Source: an uncultured Verrucomicrobiae bacterium
GTDB lineage: Bacteria > Chlamydiota > Chlamydiia > Chlamydiales > Rhabdochlamydiaceae
Direction: 5' to 3'
Length of the DNA stretch: 64,000 bases
Assembly: GCA_963806855.1 (NCBI GenBank)
Contig: CAWDYW010000001.1
Location: 448,001 to 512,000, forward strand
Position 1 is the stretch's first letter, and each line of letters opens with the position of its first letter. The translations under genes and the position numbers were made by a program. Positions 20,116-31,308 of the stretch are shown here, piece by piece. The notes under the pieces are model-generated. The model was not told where the DNA came from, did not search any database, and was given only the letters and a program-made list of their open reading frames with translations.

Positions 20116-20981
20116 GCGAACAGACCCAAGCGATCAAAAAGAAGATTAAGAATGGGCAGACCCTGAAAACAATCACCAAAACGCTCAAAATCCTATCGGC
20201 AATCAACCGCACCTCCTATGAAAAGATCGTCAAATCGCTCGAGGAGTATCACCAAGCGATCGAGCTTGGGCTGATTGCCGTTATGATCAATTCCCCAAAG
20301 AGCTCCGTTCAGATTAAAAAAACCGCTGTGAAACGGATTGGAGCAGTCTTTTTTGGCACCGATCTTGGGCTCGTCGGCCACTTCAATGAGGCGCTGGTCC
20401 AATTTGCCCTCGCCCAATTGAAAGAAATCCCTGGAGAGAAGGTCATCTGGCCAGTTGGAGAGATCCTCTACCATCGATTAAGAGAGCAGCAGCAGCTTCA
20501 GTTGATGCCTCTGTATCATGTTCCGGTTTCATCTGATTACATCTTGCCCCTTTTATCCCAGCTGCAAACGAGCATCGAAAATGAGATCGAAACCTTAGAT
20601 GAGCTCTATATTTTCTATAATGAATCGCCTGGATTTGTAAGCTTCAAGCCAGTTGTTTCCAGGCTCCTGCCGATCGATGAGAAATGGCTCAATCAATATG
20701 CGAGCAAGCGCTGGCCCGATAATCAAATCCCCGAACTGATCGATGGGACAGAGGAGACTTTTTTTAGGTTAATTAAAGAGTATGTATTCATCGAGATCTA
20801 TCGCACCTGCGCCAAGTCGCTCTTTAGCGAAAATTCGGCCCGCTTTATTTACATGAAAGTGGCCGAGAAAAATATCGAAGAACAACTGCAACATCTGCAA
20901 CTGGACTATAACCGGGCGCGCAGGGATTCCATCGATAGAGAACTCTCCGACATCATCTCTGGGTTCGAAGCATTAAGCTAG
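20112..20981 (+). CDS. atpG: ATP synthase gamma subunit
   Basis: GTDLGLVGHFN, SENSARF and YNRARRDSIDRELSDIISGFEAL. Confidence 0.92.
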   Translation: MSEQTQAIKKKIKNGQTLKTITKTLKILSAINRTSYEKIVKSLEEYHQAIELGLIAVMINSPKSSVQIKKTAVKRIGAVFFGTDLGLVGHFNEALVQFALAQLKEIPGEKVIWPVGEILYHRLREQQQLQLMPLYHVPVSSDYILPLLSQLQTSIENEIETLDELYIFYNESPGFVSFKPVVSRLLPIDEKWLNQYASKRWPDNQIPELIDGTEETFFRLIKEYVFIEIYRTCAKSLFSENSARFIYMKVAEKNIEEQLQHLQLDYNRARRDSIDRELSDIISGFEALS

Positions 20982-21142
20982 TGCAGGAGATTCAATCGTG
21001 ACGATTTTCCTGAAGTTTCTAGGCCGACTCATTAAGTATCAGACCTGATGAAAAAATGTCGCTATCAATAAAATCCCAACATATAAAAGACAATCTCATC
21101 TATTATTCTATAGCTGAGAACAACCAAAAATAGGTGGAAAGA

Positions 21143-22432
21143 ATGATCGAAGCATCTAGTCTGCTTTACCCCTTGATCTTGACAGTATTTGGCCTTGGAT
21201 ATTTGGCCATCACTTTAGAATATACAATCAAAGTGAATAAAACGGCTGTAGCGCTCCTCATTGCGGTTCTCTGCTGGATCATCTACTTCGCAACTACTGC
21301 CGCGCCTCTGGATAAAAATCTTCAAATCCTAGGCCAACATGTTACCGATATCTCGCAGATCATCTTCTTCTTAATCGGGGCAATGACTATCGTCGAACTA
21401 ATCGATTCCCATAAAGGGTTTAAAGTGATCACCAACCTCATCCAGACCAATTCCAAAAGAAAAATGATTTGGGTGATTGCGTTGATCACTTTTTTCCTCT
21501 CAGCAGTTCTTGACAACTTAACCACAACGATAATGATGATCTCTCTTTTGCGCAAAATGATCCCGATTAGACATGAGCGGTTTTTGATCAGCTGCATTGT
21601 CATCGTTTCTGCAAATGCGGGTGGAGCATGGTCGCCCATAGGGGATATTACAACCACAATGTTGTGGATCAATGGACAGATCTCTTCCTTAAAAGTGATG
21701 CAATCGCTTTTCTTGCCTAGTGTGATTTCCTTGCTTATCCCATTACTCTATTATTTATTTCAGCAGAAAGGAAAATACACGCAACCTACACTTGAAGAAC
21801 TGGATGGAACAACAGAGCCTGGCGCCCGATTGGTTTTTTTTATTGGAATGGGAGCATTGGTCTTTGTCCCCATTTTCAAAACTCTTACTGGTCTGCCCCC
21901 CTTCATGTGCGTCTTTCTTGGAGTGGCAATCCTCTGGCTTGTCACCGACCTTTTGCACCATAAATATGAAGAGCGGCATCACTTAAGAATCCCCACCATT
22001 TTGACAAAAATCGACACAGCGGGTGTTCTCTTTTTCCTAGGAATACTTCTCTGCATTAGTGCTCTAGAAACTGCCGGAATACTATCTGAGCTTGCACACT
22101 GGTTGAATAGAGAGATTCAAAACCAAGTGTTCATCGCCACTATAATCGGAGCATTATCGGCAATTATTGATAACGTTCCAATAGTAGCCGGCACCATGGG
22201 CATGTATCCCCTTTCAGAAGTCCCAATGGATTCTTCTCTCTGGCACATGATTGCCTATGCCGCCGGAACAGGAGGTAGCATGCTGATCATCGGCTCCTCT
22301 GCGGGGGTCGCTTTGATGGGCCTAGAGAACGTGGACTTCATCTCCTATATGCGCAAGATGAGCATCCCCGTCCTCATCGGCTATTTAGCAGGAATGGGGG
22401 TTATAGTGCTTCAGAGCTATATTTTCTCCTAA
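21143..22432 (+). CDS. nhaD: NhaD-family Na+/H+ antiporter
   Basis: GAMTIVELIDSH, SAVLDNLTT, ANAGGAWSPIGDITT, SAIIDNVP and GTGGSMLIIGSSAGV motifs. Confidence 0.92.
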   Translation: MIEASSLLYPLILTVFGLGYLAITLEYTIKVNKTAVALLIAVLCWIIYFATTAAPLDKNLQILGQHVTDISQIIFFLIGAMTIVELIDSHKGFKVITNLIQTNSKRKMIWVIALITFFLSAVLDNLTTTIMMISLLRKMIPIRHERFLISCIVIVSANAGGAWSPIGDITTTMLWINGQISSLKVMQSLFLPSVISLLIPLLYYLFQQKGKYTQPTLEELDGTTEPGARLVFFIGMGALVFVPIFKTLTGLPPFMCVFLGVAILWLVTDLLHHKYEERHHLRIPTILTKIDTAGVLFFLGILLCISALETAGILSELAHWLNREIQNQVFIATIIGALSAIIDNVPIVAGTMGMYPLSEVPMDSSLWHMIAYAAGTGGSMLIIGSSAGVALMGLENVDFISYMRKMSIPVLIGYLAGMGVIVLQSYIFS

Positions 22433-22447
22433 AAATGCATCCTAATT

Positions 22448-22489
22448 GGTCGCGGTAGGGAGTCGATTTTTCGACGCCCTACAGCGACC
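22448..22489. terminator. GC-rich hairpin between convergent genes (REP-like or bidirectional terminator)
   Basis: GGTCGC-g-GTAGGG-a-GTCGA-tttt-TCGAC-g-CCCTAC-a-GCGACC. Confidence 0.6.
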
Positions 22490-22611
22490 TGACAATTGAA
22501 ATATCCAACGGTTGGACATTTGGCACATTTTTATGGAGAGAAAACACCTATTTATTGTGAAACGCCAAGCTAATGCAACGCAGGTCTATATATGCGCGAG
22601 AAATCACAAAA

Positions 22612-23607
22612 TCACTCTTCTTTTGAGGAATCCTCTTCATGAACAATAACTAGCATGGAAATTGTACCTGGATAAAGGTGGGCAGGATGAGGAGTCGGGT
22701 CTACACCTACCGGCACCATTCGCCTGTCCGCCACTTGAGCGGCTTCATTCAATTCTCTATCTAGCTGACAACACATAATTGTATATTTTTCTTCGCCATT
22801 TTCTAGAAATTCTAATGTCGAGTATTCAAATTCGACCACCTCTCCTTTGAGGAATTGAACAAACCTCGGATCAATCTTATCTAATTTATTCCGCCAAGAA
22901 TAGGGCGATAGTGGACATGTCCCAACTAGATAATTTTCTATATTTGTATATCTTTGGAAAATGACATATGCTGCAATTTTTTTGTCTTCCGCGTTTTCTT
23001 TTTCCCAAAATAACATCCTGCAGGCAAGAAACGCGCGACCAGTATTGTCTCGTCCCCACATTACAGGCTTTGTTAAATCGGCAGAACCAATACCATCAAT
23101 GTGGCCTGTAAAACCCACATAGCGAGCATCCCAGGGTAACTTATCTGAATCTGATAAGGTATGCCCCGCATTAAATCGACAAATTAATACCAGTCTTTTC
23201 CAGTTTAATTCTCCTTCAATCAAAGATTCTTGAAATCTCTGTTTAGAATCAGGGGTCTTACACATAGATTCGGCTAGCCCAAGCAGATCTCGAGAATATC
23301 CATCCAAAGGACCTCCGACTATGAATTTGCCAAAAGTGACTGCCTTTGGAGCCCCTTGCTCAACCCCTTCCTCATCTTCACTATCCAGTTCTTGCAAAAC
23401 CACTTCCCTCTCTTGAGCTTCCACATGGCGACTTGACATCGGTTTTGACGCTCCCTCTTCAGGGCGATACATTCTCTTCAGAATACAGAATCCTAGAACC
23501 ACTGTGCCCGTTAAAACCGCAAAGCCAGCTGGAACTCCATAGGCCTGATTACAAAAAGAGGGATTAAAAACTGCATTGCAAGCTTTGGTTCCGATCTGTG
23601 TGAGCAT
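22612..23607 (-). CDS. Hypothetical protein with one N-terminal TM segment and an acidic linker
   Basis: 331-aa ORF; GFAVLTGTVVLGFCIL; ELDSEDEEG. Confidence 0.7.
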   Translation of the reverse strand: MLTQIGTKACNAVFNPSFCNQAYGVPAGFAVLTGTVVLGFCILKRMYRPEEGASKPMSSRHVEAQEREVVLQELDSEDEEGVEQGAPKAVTFGKFIVGGPLDGYSRDLLGLAESMCKTPDSKQRFQESLIEGELNWKRLVLICRFNAGHTLSDSDKLPWDARYVGFTGHIDGIGSADLTKPVMWGRDNTGRAFLACRMLFWEKENAEDKKIAAYVIFQRYTNIENYLVGTCPLSPYSWRNKLDKIDPRFVQFLKGEVVEFEYSTLEFLENGEEKYTIMCCQLDRELNEAAQVADRRMVPVGVDPTPHPAHLYPGTISMLVIVHEEDSSKEE

Positions 23608-23786
23608 TTATTTTTCTCCGCTTAAAGATTACGTTTTGGTCGAAAAGCATGATACAAAAGAGGCCTGTTTACTACAAAAAGAATCGCTACAGGGTCTCTT
23701 GAATTTTCCTTTGGATTAATGACCGAGCATACTTAAAGCCTTTCATGCACCCAAGTCAATCCATCGTCAAATGAAATGTCCAACGG

Positions 23787-24305
23787 TTGGACGTTTACCA
23801 AAAAATCAGATTGAGAGAAACCCCATACAGGATTAATACAATACGGAAAAATTTCAATAGAGGTAAATATGTCACAAGTTGCACCACCATATGCCGGCAA
23901 TGTACCGCCATTCGATTCATTTATATAAACGACACATACACCGATGATAAATATCTGTTTAGGGTCGATCGCGGAGAGCTTGGCGTTTACAGAATAGTTG
24001 TAGATATCCACCACATCACGACGGATGCTAACACAGCAGAGGAAGGGGACATGGCTTCGCGAATGTTAGGAGTACCCCCTGGTCAAGTGATAGAGTCAAC
24101 AGAAACACTCGAAAACATCAGGCTTGTGACTAATCCCCGAACATCTAGAGAAGATGTGGAAGACTTAGAAAATCTAGTTGATCATGATTTTCAAAGAATG
24201 TGCGGCAAGCTGTCTTATATTTTCGGTCAATTTCGCAATCTCGAAGTTGGGGGTCGAGAGCCCTTTATGAAAAAACTAGGCAATCGCTTGCTCGTCAAAT
24301 TCTAG
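23787..24305 (+). CDS. Hypothetical protein (start uncertain)
   Basis: 172-aa ORF filling the gap; no recognised motif. Confidence 0.45.
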   Translation: MDVYQKIRLRETPYRINTIRKNFNRGKYVTSCTTICRQCTAIRFIYINDTYTDDKYLFRVDRGELGVYRIVVDIHHITTDANTAEEGDMASRMLGVPPGQVIESTETLENIRLVTNPRTSREDVEDLENLVDHDFQRMCGKLSYIFGQFRNLEVGGREPFMKKLGNRLLVKF

Positions 24306-24357
24306 ACACGCGGGTATGTCCTCCTCTTTGAGCCTCAGCACATCATTCCAATCTCCG

Positions 24358-25692
24358 CTAGACACCTTGGACAGCGAGCTTTTTCTTCCTACCCACAACA
24401 TGTTCTCTGTCGGGGTGAAGGAACAAGATCACGACGACTACAGCGACGATCGTCATCCCTGCAAGCAGTAGGAATGCGGTGCTGAAGTTCCCGGTGAGGT
24501 CCACAAGCCAGCCTGTAGCTACAGGGGCTATGATTCCAGCTAGAGAGAGACAGCTAGAGGTGATTCCTTGGGCGGAGCCAGCTTTTTCTTTAGCCACATC
24601 GATGTTGATGCTGAAGAATGCAGACTGGGGCATCATGCCAAAACCGATTCCTAGGCTCAAGAACAGGAGCGAATAACCCAGCGTCGATGTAAAGCTTAGG
24701 CAAATAAAGAAAATCGCCGCCAACAGTTGGGTAATCCAAATCAGGTGTCCTCTTGCCAGGCGCGATCTTCCTGTTTTTTGATAAAGTTTATCAGAGATGA
24801 TCCCGCCAATCTTTAAAAAGAGGGCTCCGGTGAGCCAAGGGATCGTTAAATACCAGCCGACACTTTTTAGATTGAGGCCAAATTTCGATAGGAAATAGCC
24901 GGGCAGCCAAAGGGTCGCAAAGAAGAGCATATAGCCAAATGCGAAGTAGGCAATGTTATTGGCAATGAGCGCTGGGTGGGTGAGGATGAATTTCCAGTTA
25001 ATATGGGCGTCTTTGTTTCTTTGAGAGGAGTTAGAATCGGCCTGAATCAGCGCAAGCTCATTTTCCGATACCCTTGGGGAGTCTTTTGGATCATCTCGAA
25101 AGAAGAAATACCAGATAAATCCCCAAATGATCCCTACAGAGCTAATGGCAAAGAACATGATTCTCCAGCCAAAGTCAGCAACGAGGTAGGAGGTAATCGG
25201 CGCGCCGACGACAGCAGAGAGGGGAATGGCGACGAGGCCAAAAGAGAGGGCTCTTGCTCTTTCTTTAGGAGGAAGCCATCTGCTAATCGATCTAGACATA
25301 GCTGGGAAGTGGGGGCCTTCGGTAATTCCAAGGAGAAAGCGGATTCCAATGAAGCTCCAGAAGCCGACGGCGAGGCCGAGAAAGCCGACGCAAAGGGACC
25401 AGGTGATCGCAGCGATCGGCCACATCGTTCTCGGGCCAAATTTATCGACAAGCCAGCCGCCAAGAGCTGTCAGGAGCATATAGCCTAAACCAAATGCCGA
25501 CAGGATCATGCCGAATTGTGTGTCGGTAAATTGAAACTCTTTCTTCAGAGGTTCGATAACGAAGGAAATCGCAGATCTATCGATAAAGTTGATGAGAGTA
25601 ATGAAAAAGATAAGAAAAGCGACAAACCAGCGGTAATGAGTGGTTTCTTTTTTTTTCACGTGCCAAGACCTTGTGCAAACAATCAAAGGCAC
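24358..25692 (-). CDS. MFS transporter, anion:cation symporter (sugar-acid)-like
   Basis: INFIDRSAIS, GGWLVDKFGPR, RFLLGITEGPHFP and WLPPKERARA; about 12 TM segments. True start may be a few codons downstream. Confidence 0.88.
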   Translation of the reverse strand: MPLIVCTRSWHVKKKETTHYRWFVAFLIFFITLINFIDRSAISFVIEPLKKEFQFTDTQFGMILSAFGLGYMLLTALGGWLVDKFGPRTMWPIAAITWSLCVGFLGLAVGFWSFIGIRFLLGITEGPHFPAMSRSISRWLPPKERARALSFGLVAIPLSAVVGAPITSYLVADFGWRIMFFAISSVGIIWGFIWYFFFRDDPKDSPRVSENELALIQADSNSSQRNKDAHINWKFILTHPALIANNIAYFAFGYMLFFATLWLPGYFLSKFGLNLKSVGWYLTIPWLTGALFLKIGGIISDKLYQKTGRSRLARGHLIWITQLLAAIFFICLSFTSTLGYSLLFLSLGIGFGMMPQSAFFSINIDVAKEKAGSAQGITSSCLSLAGIIAPVATGWLVDLTGNFSTAFLLLAGMTIVAVVVVILFLHPDREHVVGRKKKLAVQGV

Positions 25693-25753
25693 AGTATCTC
25701 ATAAATGTCTTTTTTCCGTGAGCAGATTCTTCCGCTAAATTGTATAAAAAAAA

Positions 25754-27751
25754 TTATAGTTTTACCCGATTGAGTCGTAGGGCATTCCAAACAACTGAAA
25801 GTGAGCTGAGTGTCATCGCAGCGCTCGCGATCATCGGGCTTAGAAGGATACCAAAAAAAGGATATAAGATTCCTGCGGCAATCGGCACACCCAATGCATT
25901 GTAGAGGAACGCAAAGAAAAGATTTTGCCGGATGTTGCGCACGGTGGCGATGCTTAAATTGCGGGCCCGGGCAATTCCACGCAGGTCCCCTTTCACTAGA
26001 GTGACGCCGGCGCTCTCAATCGCTACATCGGTCCCAGTCCCCATCGCAATTCCCACATCCGCTTGGGCTAGTGCTGGGGCATCATTGATCCCATCGCCCG
26101 CCATCGCGACAATATGTCCTTGCAACTGGAGTTCTTGCACGATTTTGTGTTTTTCTTGGGGGAGGACTTCGGCTTTAATGGTATCGATGTGGAGGCTCTT
26201 TCCGATTGCATTCGCGGTTATCTGATTGTCGCCGGTGACCATGACAATTTGAATTTTTTCTTTGTGAAGCATCTCGATCGCTTCCGGGGTTGTCTCCTTA
26301 ATCCGATCGGATACTCCAAAAAGCCCCGCACTTTTCCCATTTATCGAGATGTAGAGGACCGTTTGCCCGGCACTGCGGAGCGCCTGAGCCTCTGGGATTT
26401 CAGCGATCAGTTTCTGGTTCCCGATCGCCACCTGTTTCCCTTCAATTTTTCCCATGACCCCTTGACCTGTCAGAGATCTAAAGTCCTCAACCTTTAGTAG
26501 GGGAAGGCCGCTCTCCTTCGCCGCAGCGACGATCGCCTTCGAAAGGGGATGCTCGCTGAGGGCCTCAAGACTTGCTCCCAACTGAAGAAGCCGCTCTTCC
26601 GTGCCTTCGAGAGCAATAATCTGATTCAGATGGATCTTTCCCTCTGTCAGGGTGCCGGTTTTATCGACGATGAGCGTATCGACCTTCGCCAGCGTCTCTA
26701 AGGCCTCGGCATTTTTGATCAGCACGCCAGCGGAGGCCCCTTTGCCCACCCCGACCATAATCGACATCGGAGTAGCCAGGCCAAGAGCGCAGGGGCAGGC
26801 GATGATCAGCACTGCGACTGCGTTGATGAGGCCATGGGCAAAAGAGGCAAAAAATCCCCAGATGAAGAAAGTCAGGATAGCCACTAGAACAACAGCCGGG
26901 ACAAAATAGCCAGAGACCTGATCGGCCAATTTTTGGATCGGGGCTTTGCTGCTTTGCGCCTGGCTCACCATCTGGACGATACGGGCTAGCAAGGTCTCAT
27001 CTCCAACCGCTTTAGCCTCCATGATGAAACTGCCGGTCCCATTGAGGGTAGCCCCGGTCACTTTGTCTCCTAGATTTTTTTCGACAGGGATCGACTCTCC
27101 GGTGATCATCGACTCGTCGACTACGCTGCTCCCCTCGAGGAGCACTCCATCTACCGGGATTTTTTCTCCAGGCTTGACCCTTAGGCGATCCCCTTTCTGG
27201 ACCTGCTCTAAGGGGATCGATTCTTCTTGGCCATTGCGGATAACGATGGCCATGGTTGGTGCCAGATTTAGCAAGGATCTAATCGCCCGGCTTGTCTTCG
27301 ATCGGGCTCTCAGTTCGAGGATCTGCCCCAATAGGACCAAAACGGTGATGACCATTGCCGGTTCAAAATAGACCGAGGGCTTTGTGGGAAAGATCGAAGG
27401 AAACAGGGTGGCGATTAGGCTATACGCATAAGCGGTTCCAACGCCTAGGGAAATCAGGGTGAACATGTTGAAGTGGAGGCTTATCCCCCGCTGAAAAAAG
27501 GGGAAGCCGGCCCACAGGACAACGGGAGTGGCGAGCAGGAGTTGAATAAGCGGATAGGCGCCGAGGAAGAAGATCGGCAATGTTAAGACCAGACCGATCC
27601 AAAATCGTCTGGTCATCGCTTTGAGCTCAACATCTTCTTCATCGGAGGGGATCGTCGGCTCTAGATTCATCCCGCAAATGGGGCAATGACCCGGAGTGGG
27701 CTGCCGGATTTGTGGATGCATGGGGCATGTGTAGAGTTTTTGAAGGGCCAT
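25754..27751 (-). CDS. copA: Cu(I)-translocating P1B-type ATPase
   Basis: N-terminal YTCPMHP...[42 protein letters not shown] and MTLSS. Confidence 0.93.
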   Translation of the reverse strand: MALQKLYTCPMHPQIRQPTPGHCPICGMNLEPTIPSDEEDVELKAMTRRFWIGLVLTLPIFFLGAYPLIQLLLATPVVLWAGFPFFQRGISLHFNMFTLISLGVGTAYAYSLIATLFPSIFPTKPSVYFEPAMVITVLVLLGQILELRARSKTSRAIRSLLNLAPTMAIVIRNGQEESIPLEQVQKGDRLRVKPGEKIPVDGVLLEGSSVVDESMITGESIPVEKNLGDKVTGATLNGTGSFIMEAKAVGDETLLARIVQMVSQAQSSKAPIQKLADQVSGYFVPAVVLVAILTFFIWGFFASFAHGLINAVAVLIIACPCALGLATPMSIMVGVGKGASAGVLIKNAEALETLAKVDTLIVDKTGTLTEGKIHLNQIIALEGTEERLLQLGASLEALSEHPLSKAIVAAAKESGLPLLKVEDFRSLTGQGVMGKIEGKQVAIGNQKLIAEIPEAQALRSAGQTVLYISINGKSAGLFGVSDRIKETTPEAIEMLHKEKIQIVMVTGDNQITANAIGKSLHIDTIKAEVLPQEKHKIVQELQLQGHIVAMAGDGINDAPALAQADVGIAMGTGTDVAIESAGVTLVKGDLRGIARARNLSIATVRNIRQNLFFAFLYNALGVPIAAGILYPFFGILLSPMIASAAMTLSSLSVVWNALRLNRVKL

Positions 27752-27830
27752 TCAAATCGGTTTTAATCTATTGACCGATTTCAATGCAAAGGGCGCGGGG
27801 TATTATAAAGCGCCCTTCAGAGAGAAAATT

Positions 27831-28164
27831 TTAGGCTTTGATCTTGATATCGACGCCGGCTGCGACTGGAAGCACTTTGAGCTTGTCGATCGTGTCGGGT
27901 GTTGGGTTCAGGATGTCGAGCAGGCGGATGTGTGTGCGCATTTCAAACTGCTCGCGCGATTTACGGTCGACGTGAGGCGAGCGGAGGACAGTGTAGATCT
28001 CCCTTTTTGTTGGAAGAGGGATCGGTCCTGCAACTCGTGCGCCTGTACGCTTTAGCTGTTTCGACGATATCTTGCGCTGCGCGATCGAGAACGCGCTGAT
28101 CGTAACCTTTGAGGCGGATTCGGATTTTTTGTTTAGATGTTTGCTTTGTTGGTTGTTTTGCCAT
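27831..28164 (-). CDS. rpsJ: 30S ribosomal protein S10, apparent frameshift near 28050 (probable sequence error)
   Basis: [15 protein letters not shown] in one frame; GPIPLPT...[16 protein letters not shown] in another. Confidence 0.9.
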
Positions 28165-28176
28165 TTTAATCCTATA

Positions 28177-30291
28177 TTAAGGCTTTTTCTCTGTGACGAT
28201 TTCTTCTTGAATTTTGTCTGGCACGCTCTCGAAGTGGCTTGGCTCCATCGTATACGTAGCACGGCCGAGATGACATCGAGCGGAGTTGTGTCGAATAACC
28301 AGAACATTTCGCTTAGAGGAACTTCTGCTTCGATTTCAATATGCCCCCTTTTTGAGCATTTTTGGCTCATGATCTTCCGCGGCGACGGTTGATGTCGCCG
28401 ATCACATCGCCCATGGATGCTTCGGGAGTCGTCGACGACGACTTTCATGATCGGCTCTAGGAGGATCGGCTTAGCACTTCCGCGCAGCATCTTTGACGGC
28501 CATCGATCCGCAGATCTTAAATGCCATTTCGTTTGAGTCGACTTCGTGGTAAGAACCGTAGATGATCGAGCACTTTGACGTCGACAAGGTCATAGCCGGC
28601 GAGAACACCAGTGGCGAGGCCGTCGTTAACCCCCTTGATAACGGCAGGGATGTATTCTTTTGGAATGACACCGCCGACAATCTTGCTGACGACTTCGTTT
28701 CCTTTGCCTTTTTCATTCGGCTCGATCTCGAGCAACGACGTGCGCATATTGACCGCGGCCACCGATCTGCTTGACGTATTTGGTCTCGGATTTTGCCTGG
28801 GACGGTGATCGTCTCTTTATAGGAAACTTCAGGTTTGCCGACGTTCGCTTCTACGCTGAATTCGCGGATCATACGGTCGCGCAGAATGTCGAGGTGAAGC
28901 TCTCCCATTCCGGCGATGATCGTCTGACCTGTCTCTTCGTTGGTTGTAACGCGGAAAGTAGGATCTTCTTCAGAGAGCGCTCCAAGCGCCACAGAGAGTT
29001 TTTCTCGGTCGGCTTTCGATTTTGGCTCAATCGCCATCGAAATCACAGGCTCTGGGAATTCCATCTTTTCGAGGAGCAGCGGAGTCTCTTCCATGCAGAG
29101 GGTATCACCGGTGCTGGTGTATTTTAGGCCGATGCAAGCTGCAATATCGCCAGTGTAGAACTCATCGCGATCTTTTCGCTGGTTGGCGTGCATTTCAAGC
29201 AGGCGAGAGATTCTCTCTCTTTTATCTTTAGTTGTATTGTAAACGGGGTCCCTTTTTCGAGGCGTCCAGAATAGATCCGGACGAAGGTCAGACGGCCGAC
29301 ATAAGGGTCGGTCATGATTTTAAATGCTAGCGCAGCGAATGGGCTATCGTCACTTGGCTGCAGTTCCATCGGCTGGTCTGTATCGATGTTGAACCCTTTG
29401 ATCGCGCCACGATCGAGTGGAGAGGGCATCCAGTTGACGATTGCGTCGAGGAGCTGCTGAACCCCTTTGTTTTTAAAGGCTGTTCCGCATAGGACAGGGT
29501 TGAGTTTATTAGCAATCACCCCTTTGCGGATCGCAGCGTGGATCTCTGCTTCGGTGAGCGATTCGGGATTCTCGAGCACTTTCATCATGAATTCTTCTCG
29601 ACTCATCGATGGTAGCGAGCTCTTCGAGCAACTGTGCGCGCATTTCTTTTGCATTTTTCGAGAAGATCAGCAGGAATCGCAACGGTATCGTATTTTGCAC
29701 CCATGGTCTCATCGAGGAAGAGGTAAGCCTTCATCGTGATGAGATCGACCATCCCTTTAAACTCGCCTTCGGCGCCGATCGGGCAGTGGACAGGAATGGC
29801 ATTCGCTCCGAGTTTATCTTTCATCGATTTGACGGCTGTGAAGAAATCAGCGCCGGTACCGGTCCATCTTGTTGATGAACGCGATACGAGGAACTCCGTA
29901 GCGGTCAGCTTGACGCCAAACAGTTTCAGACTGTGGCTGCACGCCGGCAACGGCATCAAACACGGCAACAGCGCCATCGAGAACGCGCAGGGAGCGCTCC
30001 ACCTCAATGGTGAAGTCGACGTGCCCCGGGGTATCGATGATGTTGATCTTTGCAACCATTCCAATAGACAGTCGTCGCAGCGGAGGTGATCGTAATCCCA
30101 CGTTCTTGTTCTTGCTCCATGAAGTCCATGGTCGCAGCCCCTTCGTGCACTTCGCCAATGCGGTGGAGGCGGCCGGAATAGAAGAGAATCCGCTCGGTCG
30201 TCGTCGTCTTACCCGCATCGATGTGGGCCATGATCCCGATATTGCGGACATTTTTCAATTGGTCTGATTCTGGTCGTTGCTTAACTGCCAT
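28177..30291 (-). CDS. fusA: Elongation factor G, broken by many frameshifts (probable sequence errors)
   Basis: [31 protein letters not shown] and [10 protein letters not shown] lie in different frames; ends ...[11 protein letters not shown] at 28177. Confidence 0.92.
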
Positions 30292-30305
30292 TTTTCCTCT
30301 TTACC

Positions 30306-30779
30306 TTACCATTTGTAGTGCGCAAAGGCTCGGTTAGCTTCGGCCATGCGGTGTGTATCGTCTTTCTTCTTAATGGTTGCCCCTTGATTTTTAAAGCAGT
30401 CGGCCAGTTCTGATGAAAGGCCATCTTCCATGGAGCGGCCAACTTTGTTGCGGGAGAAACGGATAATCCATCCCATTGCCATCGAAATGCGTCGATCAGT
30501 GGGGATCTCGATAGGGACTTGATAGGTAGCGCCGCCGATACGTCGCGATTTGACTTCTAGAGTGGGCTTCGCATTTTCCAGAGCCTGCTCAAAGGCTTCA
30601 AGGGGATTTTCCGCCTTGACTTTTTGGGCAAATTTCTCAATGGCTTCGTAGACAATCGTACGAGCTGTAGATTTTTTCCCGTCTAACATCACTTTGTTGA
30701 TGAATTTAGAGAGAACAATGCTTTTGTATTTTGGATCTGGGTCAATTTCCCGTTTTTCTGCGCGTCTTCTGCGTGACAT
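30306..30779 (-). CDS. rpsG: 30S ribosomal protein S7
   Basis: MSRRRRAEKR, SRRIGGATYQVP and HRMAEANRAFAH. Confidence 0.97.
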   Translation of the reverse strand: MSRRRRAEKREIDPDPKYKSIVLSKFINKVMLDGKKSTARTIVYEAIEKFAQKVKAENPLEAFEQALENAKPTLEVKSRRIGGATYQVPIEIPTDRRISMAMGWIIRFSRNKVGRSMEDGLSSELADCFKNQGATIKKKDDTHRMAEANRAFAHYKW

Positions 30780-30796
30780 GAGTGGCAATAGCTCCT

Positions 30797-31168
30797 TTAT
30801 TTAGGCTTTTTAGATCCGTATTTTGAACGGCCTTGTTTGCGGTCTTGGACAGCTGAGCAGTCCAGGGTTCCACGAACGATGTGATAGCGAACACCAGGAA
30901 GGTCTTTCACCCTTCCTCCACGCACGAGAACGATACTGTGCTCTTGGAGGTTATGGCCTTCTCCGCCGATGTAGGCGATGACTTCTTGTCCATTAGATAA
31001 ACGGACCCATGCGACTTTTCGAAGAGCAGAGTTAGGTTTTTTTGGCGTTTTAGTCTTTACTTGTAAGCAAACACCGCGCCTTTGTGGGCATTGGTTCAGG
31101 GCAGGCGATTTCTTTCGTCTGACTTTTGGGCGGCGCCCTTGTCGAATGAGTTGGTTAATGGTTGCCAT
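30797..31168 (-). CDS. rpsL: 30S ribosomal protein S12
   Basis: [11 protein letters not shown] and [11 protein letters not shown]. Confidence 0.98.
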   Translation of the reverse strand: MATINQLIRQGRRPKVRRKKSPALNQCPQRRGVCLQVKTKTPKKPNSALRKVAWVRLSNGQEVIAYIGGEGHNLQEHSIVLVRGGRVKDLPGVRYHIVRGTLDCSAVQDRKQGRSKYGSKKPK

Positions 31169-31308
31169 CGCGGCCAGTCTCCTTCCGGTTTTTCAATAGG
31201 AATAGGACAAACTATATCTTGATCCCGAATTATTTGCAAAGCCTCTCTTCCAAAAGGGGGCAAATATCTGGTGTTAAAATATTTTTAGTTAGGTTACAAA
31301 GAGGAGAA

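Noticed and set aside
28177..30291. Programmed frameshifting or true pseudogenisation of fusA
   Set aside because: There are too many scattered indels without slippery sites in an essential gene, and rpsJ is also hit; sequence error is more likely.
27771..31200. Absence of tuf from the str operon, and rpsJ detached from rplC, as a novelty
   Set aside because: rpsL-rpsG-fusA-rpsJ is the normal chlamydial arrangement.
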